NCBI GenBank assembly: GCA_001662655.1
Contig: KV460262.1
Strand: one strand, 5' to 3'
From: Pseudogymnoascus verrucosus
Lineage: Eukaryota
DNA length: 64,000 bases
In this document: one piece after another, positions 1 to 12,008 of the stretch
Numbering within the stretch: position 1 is the stretch's first letter
Layout: each line of letters begins with the position of its first letter
The notes under the pieces: generated by a model
What the model was told of the DNA's origin: nothing
What the model saw: the letters and a program-made list of their open reading frames with translations, nothing else
Databases searched by the model: none
Position numbers and translations under genes: made by a program

Positions 1-56
1 CTATTATCAAAAGCTTCATTTTTTTTTATATACGCTATTCCTATTTTTATATACGA

Positions 57-172
57 TATTCAGCCTCATGTATCCGGATACTTACCTACCCTACCCGTCA
101 GATCGTCGCCGGGTATATACCCTACCCGTGGGGTTCACGGATACTACCCGGATACGTATCCGCCGAACACTG
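57..172. mobile_element. Probable right end of a hAT-like non-autonomous DNA transposon/MITE
   Basis: Ends in GTATCCGCCGAACACTG (reverse complement CAGTGTTCGGCGGATAC, a hAT-like CAG terminus). Subterminal GGATAC/GTATCC and TACCCG motifs are densely repeated. The partner end would lie outside the window. Confidence 0.4.
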
Positions 173-291
173 ATATATTATCATTCTACTACTATAACCT
201 CACGTCTACTCTCCACGCACCCAAGCCTCACAGTTTGCGGCGCCGTTATTATTAAAAACACCTATCCACTTACCCCTCCCCCCCCAGAACC

Positions 292-1743
292 ATGGCAACC
301 ACCTCCCTCGAAGCGCTGGAATCCCAGCGCCAGCAACTCCTAAAACAATTCGTCGGGACAAACCTCCAAGACGCCCCCGTCCCCTCCGCAATCCTCGACC
401 TAGCCAAAGTAAAGCGAAACTGCACCCGCATGCTCGAGTCCATAGACGCCCTCGGATTCGGGTGGAGAGCGCATATTAAGACACACAAGGTGCCTCAACC
501 CCACTCCCACTCCCACTCCCAATTTCCATTTCCCCTCTAATGCCCCCTATTTCCCCCCCGGAACCCCCAAACTAACCCCCCCCCCCACCAGACCACCGAG
601 CTCACCCTCCTCCAACTCGGCGGCCCCCCGCCCCGCCCCGCGCATGTCATAACCTCCACCCTCACAGAAGCAGAGCACATCCTCCCCCTCCTGCTCACCT
701 ACCCCCCCGATTCCCGCTCGCTCCTCTACGGTCTCCCCCCCGCCCCCTCCTACGCCCCGCGCCTCGCCTCTCTCTCCCGCAGCCTCGGTGCATATGGACT
801 CCGCATCCTCGTCGACCACCCCTCCCAAGTATCAGTGGTGCGGAAAATCCACGAACTGTCGGGGGTGCCGGTGGGTGTTAGTATCAAGATTGAGATGGGG
901 TATCAGCGTTCTGGCATCCTAGCTGCGTCAGAATTATTCAAAGAGCTGATCGCCGCGTTGCTGCCGCTGATTGAGGGGGGGAAGTGTAAGATCGTGGGGC
1001 TTTATTCGCATGCGGGGCATTCGTATGCTGGGTCTGACCCGGCGACTGCGATTAGTCTTTTGAACGATGAGCTACGCGCGCTTTTGGACGCTTCAAACGC
1101 CCTCCGCGCTCTCGCCCCAGCGGATCAGCTCACCTTCTCGGTAGGCGCGACGCCGACGACCACGGCGGTTTATAACCTCCTCCACCCCTCCGCCAGCGCC
1201 TCTGCATCCGAGACCACCGCGCTAGCTACGCTTCAGGGGACGATAGAGGAGGTGAGAAAAGCAGATGCGGCGATCGAGCTCCACGCAGGCGTCTACCCAG
1301 TGCTAGACATGCAACAACTCGCCACCTCCGCACGTCCTCTTTCCCAGTTATCCACGGATGACATCGCCTTAACAATCCTGGCCGAGGTGGCATCCATCTA
1401 CCCCCACCGCCGCACCGGAGAAGCCTTGATAACCGCCGGTTCCATCGCGCTGGGGAAGGATTTGTGTAAATCCTACGACGGCTCTGGCGTTGTCTCCACC
1501 TGGGGCGCGGTGGGGGGTGAGGGGTGGGTGGTGGGGAGTGTGAGCCAGGAGCATGGGATTTTGAAGTGGACCGGGAGGGAGGGGGAGGGAACAGGGTTGG
1601 AAATAGGGGGGAGGGTGAGGGTGTGGCCGAACCATGCGTGTATTGCTGGGACGGGGTTTGATTGGTATTTAATTGTTGATTCGGAGGGGGAGGGGAAGGG
1701 GGATGTGGTTGTTGATGTTTGGATGAGGTGGAGGGGGTGGTGA
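292..1743 (+). CDS. DSD1: D-serine dehydratase (fold-type III PLP enzyme); exons 292-489, 592-1743
   Basis: WRAHIKTHK PLP-lysine motif, GLYSHAGHSY, SVGATPT, SQEHG and VWPNHACI metal-binding motifs. GT..CTAAC..CAG intron 490-591 joins the exons in frame. Confidence 0.9.
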
Positions 1744-2070
1744 TGTGGGTGGGGTGAATGTTCGGTCATATCTATCTATGGGATATATTTATATGAGTCA
1801 GTGAGTGAGTGAGTGATTTAGTAAAGGCACAAACAAGCAGAGTTGAGAAAAAATCCTGAATTCCTCGCACACAAAACGGAGCTGAGTCGCATCACCACCA
1901 TCATCGTCTATCCTACCCCCTCCCCCTCCCCCACCCCTTAAAACGCCAAATCCCCAAGTTCCAGACCCTTAGGTTCCGTATTCCCATCATAATCATAACC
2001 ATCATAACAATCATACCTCACTCATCTCCTCTCCGCCTGTACCACTTTCACCACCTCCACACCCCACACC

Positions 2071-4008
2071 TCACCGCCTCCCCCCCAACCTCCTCTCCAT
2101 CCTCGCATCCGTCTCCGAATCCGCCCTCTCCCTCTCCCTCTCCCACCTCCTCTCGCGCTCCCTCTCCCTCGCCCTCTCCTCATGACTCACACTCCTGCGT
2201 TCTCTCTTCCCATTCCCAAAGTCCTCTCTTCGGTACTTCTCTCTCCCTCCCATCCCCCCATTCCCGCCACCACCGAAGCCACCAGCACCACCACCAACAG
2301 CAGGCGGCGCATCCGGCGCAACCGGCGGTTCCTTATTAACCCACCCCCCAATCGGAATATCAATATCCACCAAATCCCTCCACCTAACATTATTCGCCCC
2401 CCCACCCCTCGACTCGCTACGCCACGCATTAGGCGGGTAAGAAGGCGCGAATGGTCCAGTAGCGGGGTTGAACTTCCCGTCTGCTGGAGGAGGAGGGTCG
2501 ACGGCGATTTTATAGGATGCGATCTGTGGTCCCCCACCGTTACCAGCGTGTCGGAAGTTAGGCATGCTCAACCCCCGATTTCGGTGGTCTTGGCGGAGTT
2601 TCTCGTTCTGCAACCCACCGCCCAAACCACCGCCGACGGCAGCGGCGGCGGCGGCCGAAGCAGCAGCGGCGAGGGGGTCGGGGTGCGGACTTGATGACGC
2701 GGAGTAGCGTCCTGCGAAGGGTACAGCGGTAGGTTTAGCATTCCTTCTAGATTTCCCCTGCTGCTGCTGCGGCTGCTGTTGCGGCACCGGCTGTTCCTTA
2801 ACCTTCCCCTTCCTCCTCGCACCATACGCCGGACTAGTCGGCGGATCCGTCGTCACGCTCTCAGAACTCGAACTCCACGAACTACTCGAACTACTCCTCT
2901 CCCTCCTATGTCTTGGATGACTATGCCTTCTCCCCCCGGGTCCACCACTATGCGGTCTCAACCCCTCCTGCTGCGGGACGTCAGAGGCGTATTTTGAAGG
3001 TCGGCTCGAGGCGGGGATGTTGCGGTAGTAGTCTTTTGGCACGCTCCTGCGGCGACCGCGCGCGTCTTCGTATTCGAGTGGTGGAGTGGCCGGGCGGCGC
3101 GGGGGTGGCGGCGTGTCACGCGGTTTGGTGGGGGGGTGTGCACCGCCCCGTGTGGGCTTTTGGCGGCGCGGGTGCTGCTCTGGTTTGGGGTTGGAGTAAT
3201 CCCCCCCCCTCGGACTATCGCGGGGTGTCGGCGTATGCGACGTCTTCCCATACGGTGACTGAAATCTCTCATCCTGCGCCTGATTCTGACTCCTCGGCCT
3301 CTCATCCGCCGCCGAATCCCTCCTCAGCCTCTCGGCGCACTTATTATGCCATTTCTCGATCGCGGCATCAGGTTCTTGGGGGAGGCATGAGGCGGGAAGG
3401 TCGGCGGGGAAGCGGTCCCCTGTCTCCGGGTTCAGGATGGGGAAGTCATGGACGGCGCGCTGGAGGAAGGGGACGTGCCCAGAGGGGTCGAGGAGGATCT
3501 CGATGGTTTGCCAGCGGACGAAGCCGCGGGTTGTGAGGGCGGGGATGGTGGGGGGGTGGAAGTCGTCGGGGGTGGGTTGGAGGGTGTGTTGGCAGCCGAT
3601 GGATTGGTAGATGAATGATATTTGGGGGTTGGGGAGGTCGATGAAGACAGCTGTAGGGCATGTGTGTCAGCTCAAGTCATATATGAGGGAGGTTTCAAGG
3701 CAGATGCGCTCTCTCACTCTCTCACTTACAGTCATAGTTCCCCCCGACGGCTTTGTAGAACGCCGCCAGCTTTGGCGGGGTAAGACACTTTGTGTCCTTG
3801 TCCCCGAGATTCTTGACCTTTATTCACACTATCAGAATGGCGCACAGGCAGCGGCAGCCCTATGGTGCCTCCCCAGGTGTTTGCTACATACAATATATTT
3901 TGCGATTCCCGTGAGCAGCGCGACCATGACCCTCGAGGGCTTCTTGTCGCTGTCAAGGAGATCGCCGTAGTACGCCGCAGCAGCGGCAGCGTCTTGTGGT
4001 TGCGCCAT
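2071..4008 (-). CDS. Conserved fungal hypothetical protein with DUF7514-like N-terminal domain and long low-complexity C-terminus (spliced)
   Basis: ATG at 4008 (MAQPQDAAAAAAYYGDLL). Spliced segments LTPPKLAAFYKAVGGNYD and QSIGCQHTLQP..IPALTTRGFVRWQTIEILLDP..HVPFLQRAV are typical of this family. Runs into ORF 2071-3042. Confidence 0.75.
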
Positions 4009-5182
4009 GGTCGGACTGAGCAGGGCACGACAGCGAGGGCGCGGTTTGGTGCATAGGCATCGACGTGTGTGTGTGTGTGTGTGGTGGTGAGTGAGAGGAG
4101 GAATACAGATGCAGGAGGAGGGGTGGTAGGTAGTGTGTGAGTAGGACGGGAATAACGCCAACTCATGCAAGATGCAGTCAAGTAGAAGGTAGAGGTAGAG
4201 GTAGATATGTAGACGCCGTCGAGTCGTCGGGGAGTTCGCAGATAGCCATGCGATGCGCCCAGGACAACGATCAGGACAGGACCAGGCAGGTAAACACCTA
4301 ACCTAACCTAACGATACTCGTCAGGTCGTCGGTTCAGGTCAGTCAGTTCTTGTTGGCGCCCAATACAGCTGCGAAGCGCTGACATGTGAGTTGTGGATCA
4401 GATCAGCTTTGGCTCAGCTTGGATTCGAGGGATGTCTCAGGCGGTGAGTGGACGTGGGATGGGAAGTGGTTGTGGCGGTTGGTTGGTGGTGGTGGTGGTG
4501 GTGGATGTCACCTGCCTGATGACAGTATGTGCACTGCCTGGTGCTGAGTCTTGTAATACTGAGAGTATACCTGCTTATACCTGTTAATAATCCAATAAAT
4601 CCAACTTATTCACCCGTAGAATACTCGTACGATGCTGTATGATGATGTTTGTTGTATGGCTGAGTTCCCTATCCCCAGGTAGACATTCCACATTCCACAG
4701 CGTCTGCCTTAATCCAACATGCTAGAGAGAGACTGCCTGGCCGCCGATGACGACAGTGTGAGAGGCATCTATTTGCCCCCCGACAACCTGTGCTTTGCGA
4801 ACAATATATTTGCGAACAATAACTATCCAGATATCTTCATTCTTTCCCTCTCTTTGTCGCTGTTGATCCCCGCATCTGTCATACATATAGGTACTTTCAT
4901 GGCAGATCCGATCGCTCCCGTTCGCTCCCGCGGGTACCTGGATAGTTTTTAGGAAAAGCAGGCGGCAGAATCACTCACCGCCTTCACCTCTGGAATTCAG
5001 AGGATCATGTATGGACTAGGGCGCTGGGTTCCGATGTCAATGACGTATAGTAGCATACAGTATAGTCATAAAATATTTATATTTCTCATCGGATTCTTTT
5101 TCCTGTGACTCTTAATCCCTTCCCGCCCTCATAATTTTCGTATCAACCTCCCCCCCCAAACGCCCCCTCCCCTTCCCCATCA

Positions 5183-6158
5183 CTAACGACCAAGCATCCC
5201 CCCCCTCCCCCGTCCCCTCTTCTTCTGTGACCTCGTCCCAGCCCCCTCTCTCACCTCCCCATCCTCATCCTGCATATCAACATCCCCATCCCCCGTCGCC
5301 CTCCCAAACCCCTCCCCAAACCCCATAAACCCCCTCTTCGCACCTGGTGCCTTCCCGCCCCTCCCAACCCTCCTCCCATGCGGCCTCTCTGTCTTCCCCT
5401 CACCAGCCTCATCGCCCTTCTCTACCATCTCCCCCACGTATCCCTCCCACTCTACCTCCTCTTTATGCCTCTTCAACGCCTCCGCCTTGATGCTCGCAAC
5501 TTGTTTCTCTAGACCCTCAAGAGTGGCGCTGCATCGCCCTGCCCACTCCTCCAGCGTGTCGATCAGAACCGGTATCTGCGCTGGCTCAACATCCCGCAGG
5601 GGCGCTACAGATGACACCGCCACGAGCCCATCATGCGGATTCAGCGTCGCGGTCAACAGTCCCGCATACACCGCAGTCGTAACCAGCGTCTCCAACTCCC
5701 TCTTATCACCCAACCCCAGCAGCTCAATCAGCCTCGCATACGCCAAATTCTTCGGATCCTTTGCGTGCGTAAGCAAACTCAGCTGGCGCAACTTCTGGGC
5801 CTGGACCGGCGTCAACGGCGGCAGCGCATCGGGGGAGGAAGTGTAGTCGTTGTAGGTCCCGTAGCAGAAGTGGGTGAGGAGCTGGAAGTGCGGGGCGGTG
5901 GCGGGGGAGGAGCGGAGGGCTTGGATGGGGGGGGTGAGGAGGAGGGGAGAGAAGATGAAGGTGTTTGGGGCGGAGGTGGCGCGCTGGATGAGGTCGATGG
6001 AGGCGGTGGGGGAGGTGGCGGATTTGGAGAGGGCGAGGAAGGGCTGGGGGGGGGGGTCGTTAGCTGGGGTCATGGGAGGTGGCGAGGTGGGGAGATGGGG
6101 AGGTTTTGGGGGTGGGTTGATGTACCTCGAGAGCGTTTAGGGCTTTGGTTTGCTCCAT
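5183..6158 (-). CDS. CSN7: COP9 signalosome subunit 7 (PCI domain); exons 6158-6126, 6043-5183
   Basis: Spliced N-terminus MEQTKALNALE|PFLALSKSATSP, plus ATSAPNTFIF, KLRQLSLLT, RELETLVTTAVYAGLL and VAPLRD. GT-AG intron 6125-6044. Confidence 0.9.
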
Positions 6159-7554
6159 GGTGGTGGTGGTGGGTGTGTGGTCGTGGATAGATTCAGTGGT
6201 GGTGGTGGTGACGGAGGGGGTAGCTCCAGGTAGGTAGCTCCAGCCAAGTCTGTGAAGTTCAGATGAAAGTCTGCCGTCGCTCGTACCGCCCTGGCCAACT
6301 CAATAACGGGAATAATCCTGTGACGACTGCCGCCGTTGCCTCATGTACCCGTCTTGGCAAGTTGAAACAATGAGAAACGAAGTCGAAACAAGGTTGTGGT
6401 GGTGGTGGTTCGGTGTTTGGCGTTTGTGGTGTGGTGTTTGAGGGTTGGTTGGTGGTTGGTGGTGGTTGGCAAGGCTCAGGGCGGAGGAGGTGGTGTTTGG
6501 GGTTGTCTGGGGTGGTGTTGCAGGTCGGCGAGGCTGCCGCATGTTTTGTGAGGGCAGGGAAGATGACGCAGGCTAGAGGGTTGAAACATTGTGGTTTTTT
6601 GGTAAGGTTAGGTTTTTCATAAAATGGGTAGAAGGATATAGAGCTGTAAATAAATGTTAATAGATTCTCTTTGATGTGTTACTCTAACTACATGTCTGCT
6701 TCTACCAAGTTAAGTTACTCTCTGTTACTGTACTCATGTGTATCGATCTCATCTATATAATACACCCGAAGTTAGCAGTGAGGGCCGATAACCCGGCGTT
6801 AATTGTTAGATTAACGATTAACCGTGACCCCGTGACCACAATCTGTCCAGATGAATAACTGCCGCGCTAGGCGATACCACAGTGCATTAAGAGAGAACCA
6901 GTAGAGGAAGTTAGTGGTTAGAGTGGTTAGAGTGATTAGAGTGGATAGAGTACGTTAGTGGCCGCGAGTTCGTCCCGTGGCCTTTTGCGTCTCTCATTTG
7001 CTGATTGTAATACTTTGGTGCAGAGTAATCAATGCACAGTAATCACTTTCAGCCTATAAGAAAACTTTATTGTGAGTACATGCTTTGTACAGCACTGGCT
7101 CTAGAGGAGCAACTGCTAACAACTTTCGGAGTCCACGGCCGTACTTGCCACAACTGCAAAGTCTGATTTATCATTTAAACGGCAGGTATACTATACATAC
7201 AACAACACTATAGAGAAAGGAAAGAAGGGCACGAGTCGTCACACTGAGTCGTAGTCGGTCGTATACGTACTGGGTCACACTGGACAGCGACGATATTGAT
7301 GTCGACATCGTCAGTTCCGGAGATGCCTTTCAAAAAGAGTATAGGATGAGCAGCCACATATGCCTCTAGAGTACTACCCTAACCACCTAAATAGTCTTCA
7401 TAATTCCTATAACTCGACGCTGCTAAGCCAGATCCCTACTTTACACTCTCTACTAACCTCGCAATAACTATTGCATTACTACCCCGTTATGCTGATTATA
7501 CTCTACTAACCTCACATTACTACTACATTGCTACCACATTACTACTACGCTATC

Positions 7555-7612
7555 TTAATTATCCCCCATCATCCCCATTATCCCCATTATCCCCATTATT
7601 CCCATTATCCCA
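7555..7612. repeat. Tandem 9-mer repeat (ATCCCCATT)n
   Basis: About 5-6 imperfect copies seen directly, inside a TA-rich intergenic tract that has other short tandems (GTGGTTAGA at ~6914-6950, CTAACTTCAA at ~7791-7818). Confidence 0.8.
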
Positions 7613-8498
7613 TGCACCTAACTATTCCCTCCCACTATCGAAACAGGCGGACCCTTGTCAAACGCACGCCACGCAATGGTTGATTGTTACCCGTGCACAC
7701 CCTCTAACTTTCTCTAACCCTGCTACCTCATTTAAAGTACCACCCCACGCTAATTTACCACTGTTAGTACCCCCGACCCGTGTACCAAAACTAACTTCAA
7801 CTAACTTCAACTAACTTTACTTACTCCGTACTGAAGATCCCAGTGCTAAAAGGTCCCTCGACTGCCCTCTTCCGTAATCCAATTCCCTGTCGAAACCTCA
7901 AAGCACGCAAGCACCAAAAAAGTGCGCCCCAAGCATCTCCAAGCACCCAAGCGTCCACTCGACCTCCTCTTCTCGCCCATCAATCTCCCTCTTGTCTTAG
8001 CCACTCCGATGATGTGATGGTATAGATCTGGAATGATCCCCGGTCTCAAATCTCCTTTGTTTTCTTCTGGAGACACTACCTGAGGTCGTCGCAATCCGCC
8101 CATTCCGAGTATAAGAATCGCAGTGGGGGAGATCCTTTGTCAGGACACAAAGGCGCATATCTTCAACGACCGAACACTCACGGCACCCCACGATCCTCGA
8201 CCGGCTCTCTGACCGCGAGGAAAATAAATAAAACATACCAGGCTCTTCAAAGGGACCTGTACAGACTATTGGGATCACTGCAGGAGCTGGCCTTCTGTCT
8301 AGACCACCGGTCGCTATAGAAATTGTGAGACATCCCACCTCCGATTGCGAGCTGAACTGAATCACGATGCGCACCGTGGCACGCACTGCAAGAATGACCT
8401 CTCTGACTTTTCTTCTAGTAATTAACAAAAAGTAATAATACACCGTCCACGGACACACAACACATTGCAAGCGAACATACACCGAATATCCTGCCACC

Positions 8499-11400
8499 AT
8501 GGCTCCTACATACACTCCCGTCGCATCCGACGACACCGTCGAGACCCTCTTGGCCGCTCCCCCACAGCTCGCCGTCACCACGCTCCGGTGCGGGGGAATG
8601 ACATGCGGCGCATGCACATCAGCAGTCGAAGCCGGAGTAGAGGGTCTACCCGGCGTCCAGAGCGTCTCTGTCAGCTTGATCATGGAGAGAGTTGTTGTGA
8701 ACCACGACCCGTCGAAAACATCAGCGGAGAAAATCGCAGAGGCTATTGAGGACCGTGGGTTCGATGCGGAGGTCTTGACGACCGATGTAAGGACGCCCAC
8801 ATACGACAAGGCTCCCCCATACGACTCGATAGAGGAGAGCGAAGTCGGAGCGCAAACTACAACGACCACAATTGCGGTTGAGGGCATGACCTGCGGTGCG
8901 TGTACGTCAGCTGTCGAGGGGGGCTTCACGGATGTTCCAGGAGTGAAGCACTTCAGTATATCATTATTAGCGGAACGCGCTGTTATCGAGCACGATGCGA
9001 CGATATTAAGCGCAGCACAAATTGCAGAAACTATCGAGGATAGGGGCTTTGGGGCTACCATCATTGACAGCCAATTGTCGACACCGAAGCATGCGGTAGC
9101 GCATAGTGCCAACGAGACCCAGGTCGCGACGACTACGGTGGAGGTTCAAGGAATGACCTGCGGCGCGTGTACGTCGGCAGTTGAAGGCGGGTTCCAGGAC
9201 CTTGAGGGGCTCGTTCAGTTCAATATCAGTTTACTGGCTGAACGTGCTGTTATTGTCCACGACCCGGCAAAGTTATCGCCGGAGAAGATTGCAGAAATTA
9301 TTGAAGACCGTGGCTTTGATGCTAGGATATTGTCAACAACTATTGGAACCTCAGAGCAATCGAACGGCATATCGAGTCAATTTAAGGTCTTTGGGCTGAG
9401 AGATGCAGCTGCGGCAAACGGGCTCGAATCTGCGCTACGTGCGATACCTGGAGTCACGTCTGCGTCAGTTAGCATATCCACCTCGCGGCTTATTGTCAAC
9501 CACAAGCCACGCATTGTAGGTTTGCGAGCACTGGTTGAGAAAATCGAGTCTCTCGGTTTCAACGCGCTCATAGCCGACAACGATGACAACAACGCACAAC
9601 TAGAGTCCCTCGCCAAGACGAAGGAAATCGCTGAATGGCGCAGCGCCTTCAGGACCTCGTTATGCTTTGCGATCCCAGTATTCCTGATCAGCATGATCAT
9701 CCCTATGTTCCTCAAGCCGATCGACTTCGGCAAAATCCTGTTGTACTTCCCAGGGCTGTACCTTGGCGATGTTGTCTGCTTGATTCTCACGGTCCCGGTG
9801 CAATTCGGTGTCGGGAAACGCTTCTACATCTCGGCCTACAAGGGTTTGAAGCATAGGGCTCCGACTATGGATTTGTTGGTGGTGATGGGTACTTCCGCGG
9901 CATTCTTCTTCAGCGTTGCTTCGATGCTCGTGTCGATCTTGTGTCCTCCTCACACACGACCGAGTATTCTGTTTGATACCAGTACTATGCTTTTCACCTT
10001 TGTTTCTCTCGGTCGATTCTTGGAAAACAGGGCCAAGGGCCAGACTTCGAAAGCGCTGTCCACGCTCATGTCTCTTGCGCCATCAATGGCAACTATTTAC
10101 GCCGACCCGATCGCAGCAGAGAAGGCGGCCGAGAACTGGAACAAAGATAAGAATGAAGAGTCTGCATCGGATAGTACTGCGTCAGAAGAGAAAGTCATTC
10201 CCACTGAGTTGCTTGAAATGGGCGATGTTGTCATTCTTCGCCCTGGAGACAAGATCCCAGCTGATGGGGTCGTCACCAACGGCGAGACTTACGTCGATGA
10301 GAGTATGGTTACTGGCGAGGCTATGCCGATTCAAAAATCAAAGGGCAGCATGCTGAGCGCCGGAACCGTCAATGGTGCTGGAAGAGTAGACTTCAGAGTC
10401 ACCAAGGCCGGACGAGACACCCAACTAAGTCAAATCGTGAAGTTAGTCCAGAGCGCACAAACTAGCCGCGCCCCCATCCAGCGCCTGGCAGATACCATCG
10501 CCGGCTACTTCGTGCCTTGTATCTTAGTCCTCGGCATATCGACCTTCTCCGTCTGGATGATCCTAAGCCACGTCATGCACGACCCGCCCAAGGTCTTCGT
10601 CGACGAAGCCAGCGGCGGCAGACTCATGGTCTGCGTCAAACTCTGCATCTCCGTCATCGTCTTCGCCTGCCCCTGCGCCCTCGGCCTCGCGACACCCACC
10701 GCCGTCATGGTTGGCACCGGCGTCGGCGCCGAGCGCGGGATCCTCGTTAAAGGCGGCGCGGCTCTCGAGACTGCTACTACCATCACGCAGGTCGTACTCG
10801 ATAAGACCGGCACCCTCACGATGGGCAAGATGAGCGTTGCGGAAGCTAAACTCGAACCTGAGTGGGAGAACAGCGACGCAAAAAAGAAACTATGGTGGTC
10901 CGCTATTGGGCTGGCGGAAATGGGCAGCGAACACCCCATCGGGAAAGCCATCGTGGCCGCCGCCAGGACATCCCTCCAACTCGGCCCCTCCGACGCCGTC
11001 GACGGCTCCATCGGTGATTTCCAACCCGTCGTCGGTCTCGGGATCAACGCCCTCGTCGAGCCCGCCTCCGCCTCCCGCACGCGCTACAGGGTGCTCATCG
11101 GCTCCGTCCGCTTCCTCCGCTCTCACTCCGTCGACGTGCCGAAATCAGCAATCACAGCTTCGGAAGATATCAACGCCCTCGCCACCACATCTTCTAAACC
11201 CACTGGGTCGTCAGGAACAACAAATATCTTCACCGCCATCGACGGCATCTACACCGGCCACATCTGCCTCGCCGACACGCTCAAACCCTCCGCCGCCGCG
11301 GCCGTCGCAGCTCTACACCGCATGCGCATCAAAACCGCCATCGTAACCGGTGACCAGCGCTCCACCGCCCTCGCCGTCGCGCGCGCCGTCGGCATCCCCG

Positions 11401-12008
11401 CCGAGCACGTCTACGCCGGTGTCTCACCGGACCAAAAACAAGAACTGATCAAGAAATTCCAAGCCGCCGGCGAAGTAGTCGCCATGGTCGGCGACGGGAT
11501 CAATGACTCCCCCGCCTTGGCTACGGCTGATATCGGTATCGCGATGGCGTCTGGGACGGATGTGGCTATGGAGGCGGCGGATATTGTGCTCATGCGACCG
11601 AATGATTTGATGGATGTTCCTGGGGCGATTGCGTTGGCGAAGGGGATCTTTGGGAGGATTAAACTCAATCTTGCTTGGGCTTGTGGGTATAACCTTGTTG
11701 GGTTGCCGTTTGCGATGGGGGTGTTCTTGCCGTGGGGGATGCATCTTCATCCCATGGCGGCGGGGGCGGCGATGGCGTGTAGTAGTGTTAGTGTGGTGTG
11801 TAGTAGTCTTTTGTTGAAGTTTTGGAGGAGGCCGGGGTGGATGGATGATATGGAGGTGGAGGGGAAGGGGGGGATTGTGAAGAAGGGGAGTTGGGGGGTG
11901 GTGGGGAGGGTGAGGGAGTGGGTTGGGGCTATTGGGGGGAGGGGGGGGAGGAAGGAGGAGGGGGGTTATGTGCCGTTGAGTACGTTGGAGGAGGGGGGGG
12001 TTGTTTGA
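8499..12008 (+). CDS. CCC2: Copper-transporting P1B-type ATPase (Ccc2/ATP7 type), single exon, 1169 aa
   Basis: Three GMTCGAC HMA domains plus a fourth lacking the CxxC, TGEA, CPC, DKTGT, SEHP, GDGINDSP, and YN and M-x-x-S-S Cu(I) transmembrane motifs. Confidence 0.97.
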   Translation: MAPTYTPVASDDTVETLLAAPPQLAVTTLRCGGMTCGACTSAVEAGVEGLPGVQSVSVSLIMERVVVNHDPSKTSAEKIAEAIEDRGFDAEVLTTDVRTPTYDKAPPYDSIEESEVGAQTTTTTIAVEGMTCGACTSAVEGGFTDVPGVKHFSISLLAERAVIEHDATILSAAQIAETIEDRGFGATIIDSQLSTPKHAVAHSANETQVATTTVEVQGMTCGACTSAVEGGFQDLEGLVQFNISLLAERAVIVHDPAKLSPEKIAEIIEDRGFDARILSTTIGTSEQSNGISSQFKVFGLRDAAAANGLESALRAIPGVTSASVSISTSRLIVNHKPRIVGLRALVEKIESLGFNALIADNDDNNAQLESLAKTKEIAEWRSAFRTSLCFAIPVFLISMIIPMFLKPIDFGKILLYFPGLYLGDVVCLILTVPVQFGVGKRFYISAYKGLKHRAPTMDLLVVMGTSAAFFFSVASMLVSILCPPHTRPSILFDTSTMLFTFVSLGRFLENRAKGQTSKALSTLMSLAPSMATIYADPIAAEKAAENWNKDKNEESASDSTASEEKVIPTELLEMGDVVILRPGDKIPADGVVTNGETYVDESMVTGEAMPIQKSKGSMLSAGTVNGAGRVDFRVTKAGRDTQLSQIVKLVQSAQTSRAPIQRLADTIAGYFVPCILVLGISTFSVWMILSHVMHDPPKVFVDEASGGRLMVCVKLCISVIVFACPCALGLATPTAVMVGTGVGAERGILVKGGAALETATTITQVVLDKTGTLTMGKMSVAEAKLEPEWENSDAKKKLWWSAIGLAEMGSEHPIGKAIVAAARTSLQLGPSDAVDGSIGDFQPVVGLGINALVEPASASRTRYRVLIGSVRFLRSHSVDVPKSAITASEDINALATTSSKPTGSSGTTNIFTAIDGIYTGHICLADTLKPSAAAAVAALHRMRIKTAIVTGDQRSTALAVARAVGIPAEHVYAGVSPDQKQELIKKFQAAGEVVAMVGDGINDSPALATADIGIAMASGTDVAMEAADIVLMRPNDLMDVPGAIALAKGIFGRIKLNLAWACGYNLVGLPFAMGVFLPWGMHLHPMAAGAAMACSSVSVVCSSLLLKFWRRPGWMDDMEVEGKGGIVKKGSWGVVGRVREWVGAIGGRGGRKEEGGYVPLSTLEEGGVV

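Noticed and set aside
6230..6400. Possible snoRNA upstream of CSN7
   Set aside because: A CTGA is present on the minus strand, but there is no canonical RTGATGA box C and no rRNA guide I could verify.
7997..9112. 371-aa ORF on -
   Set aside because: Antisense shadow of the CCC2 HMA repeats.
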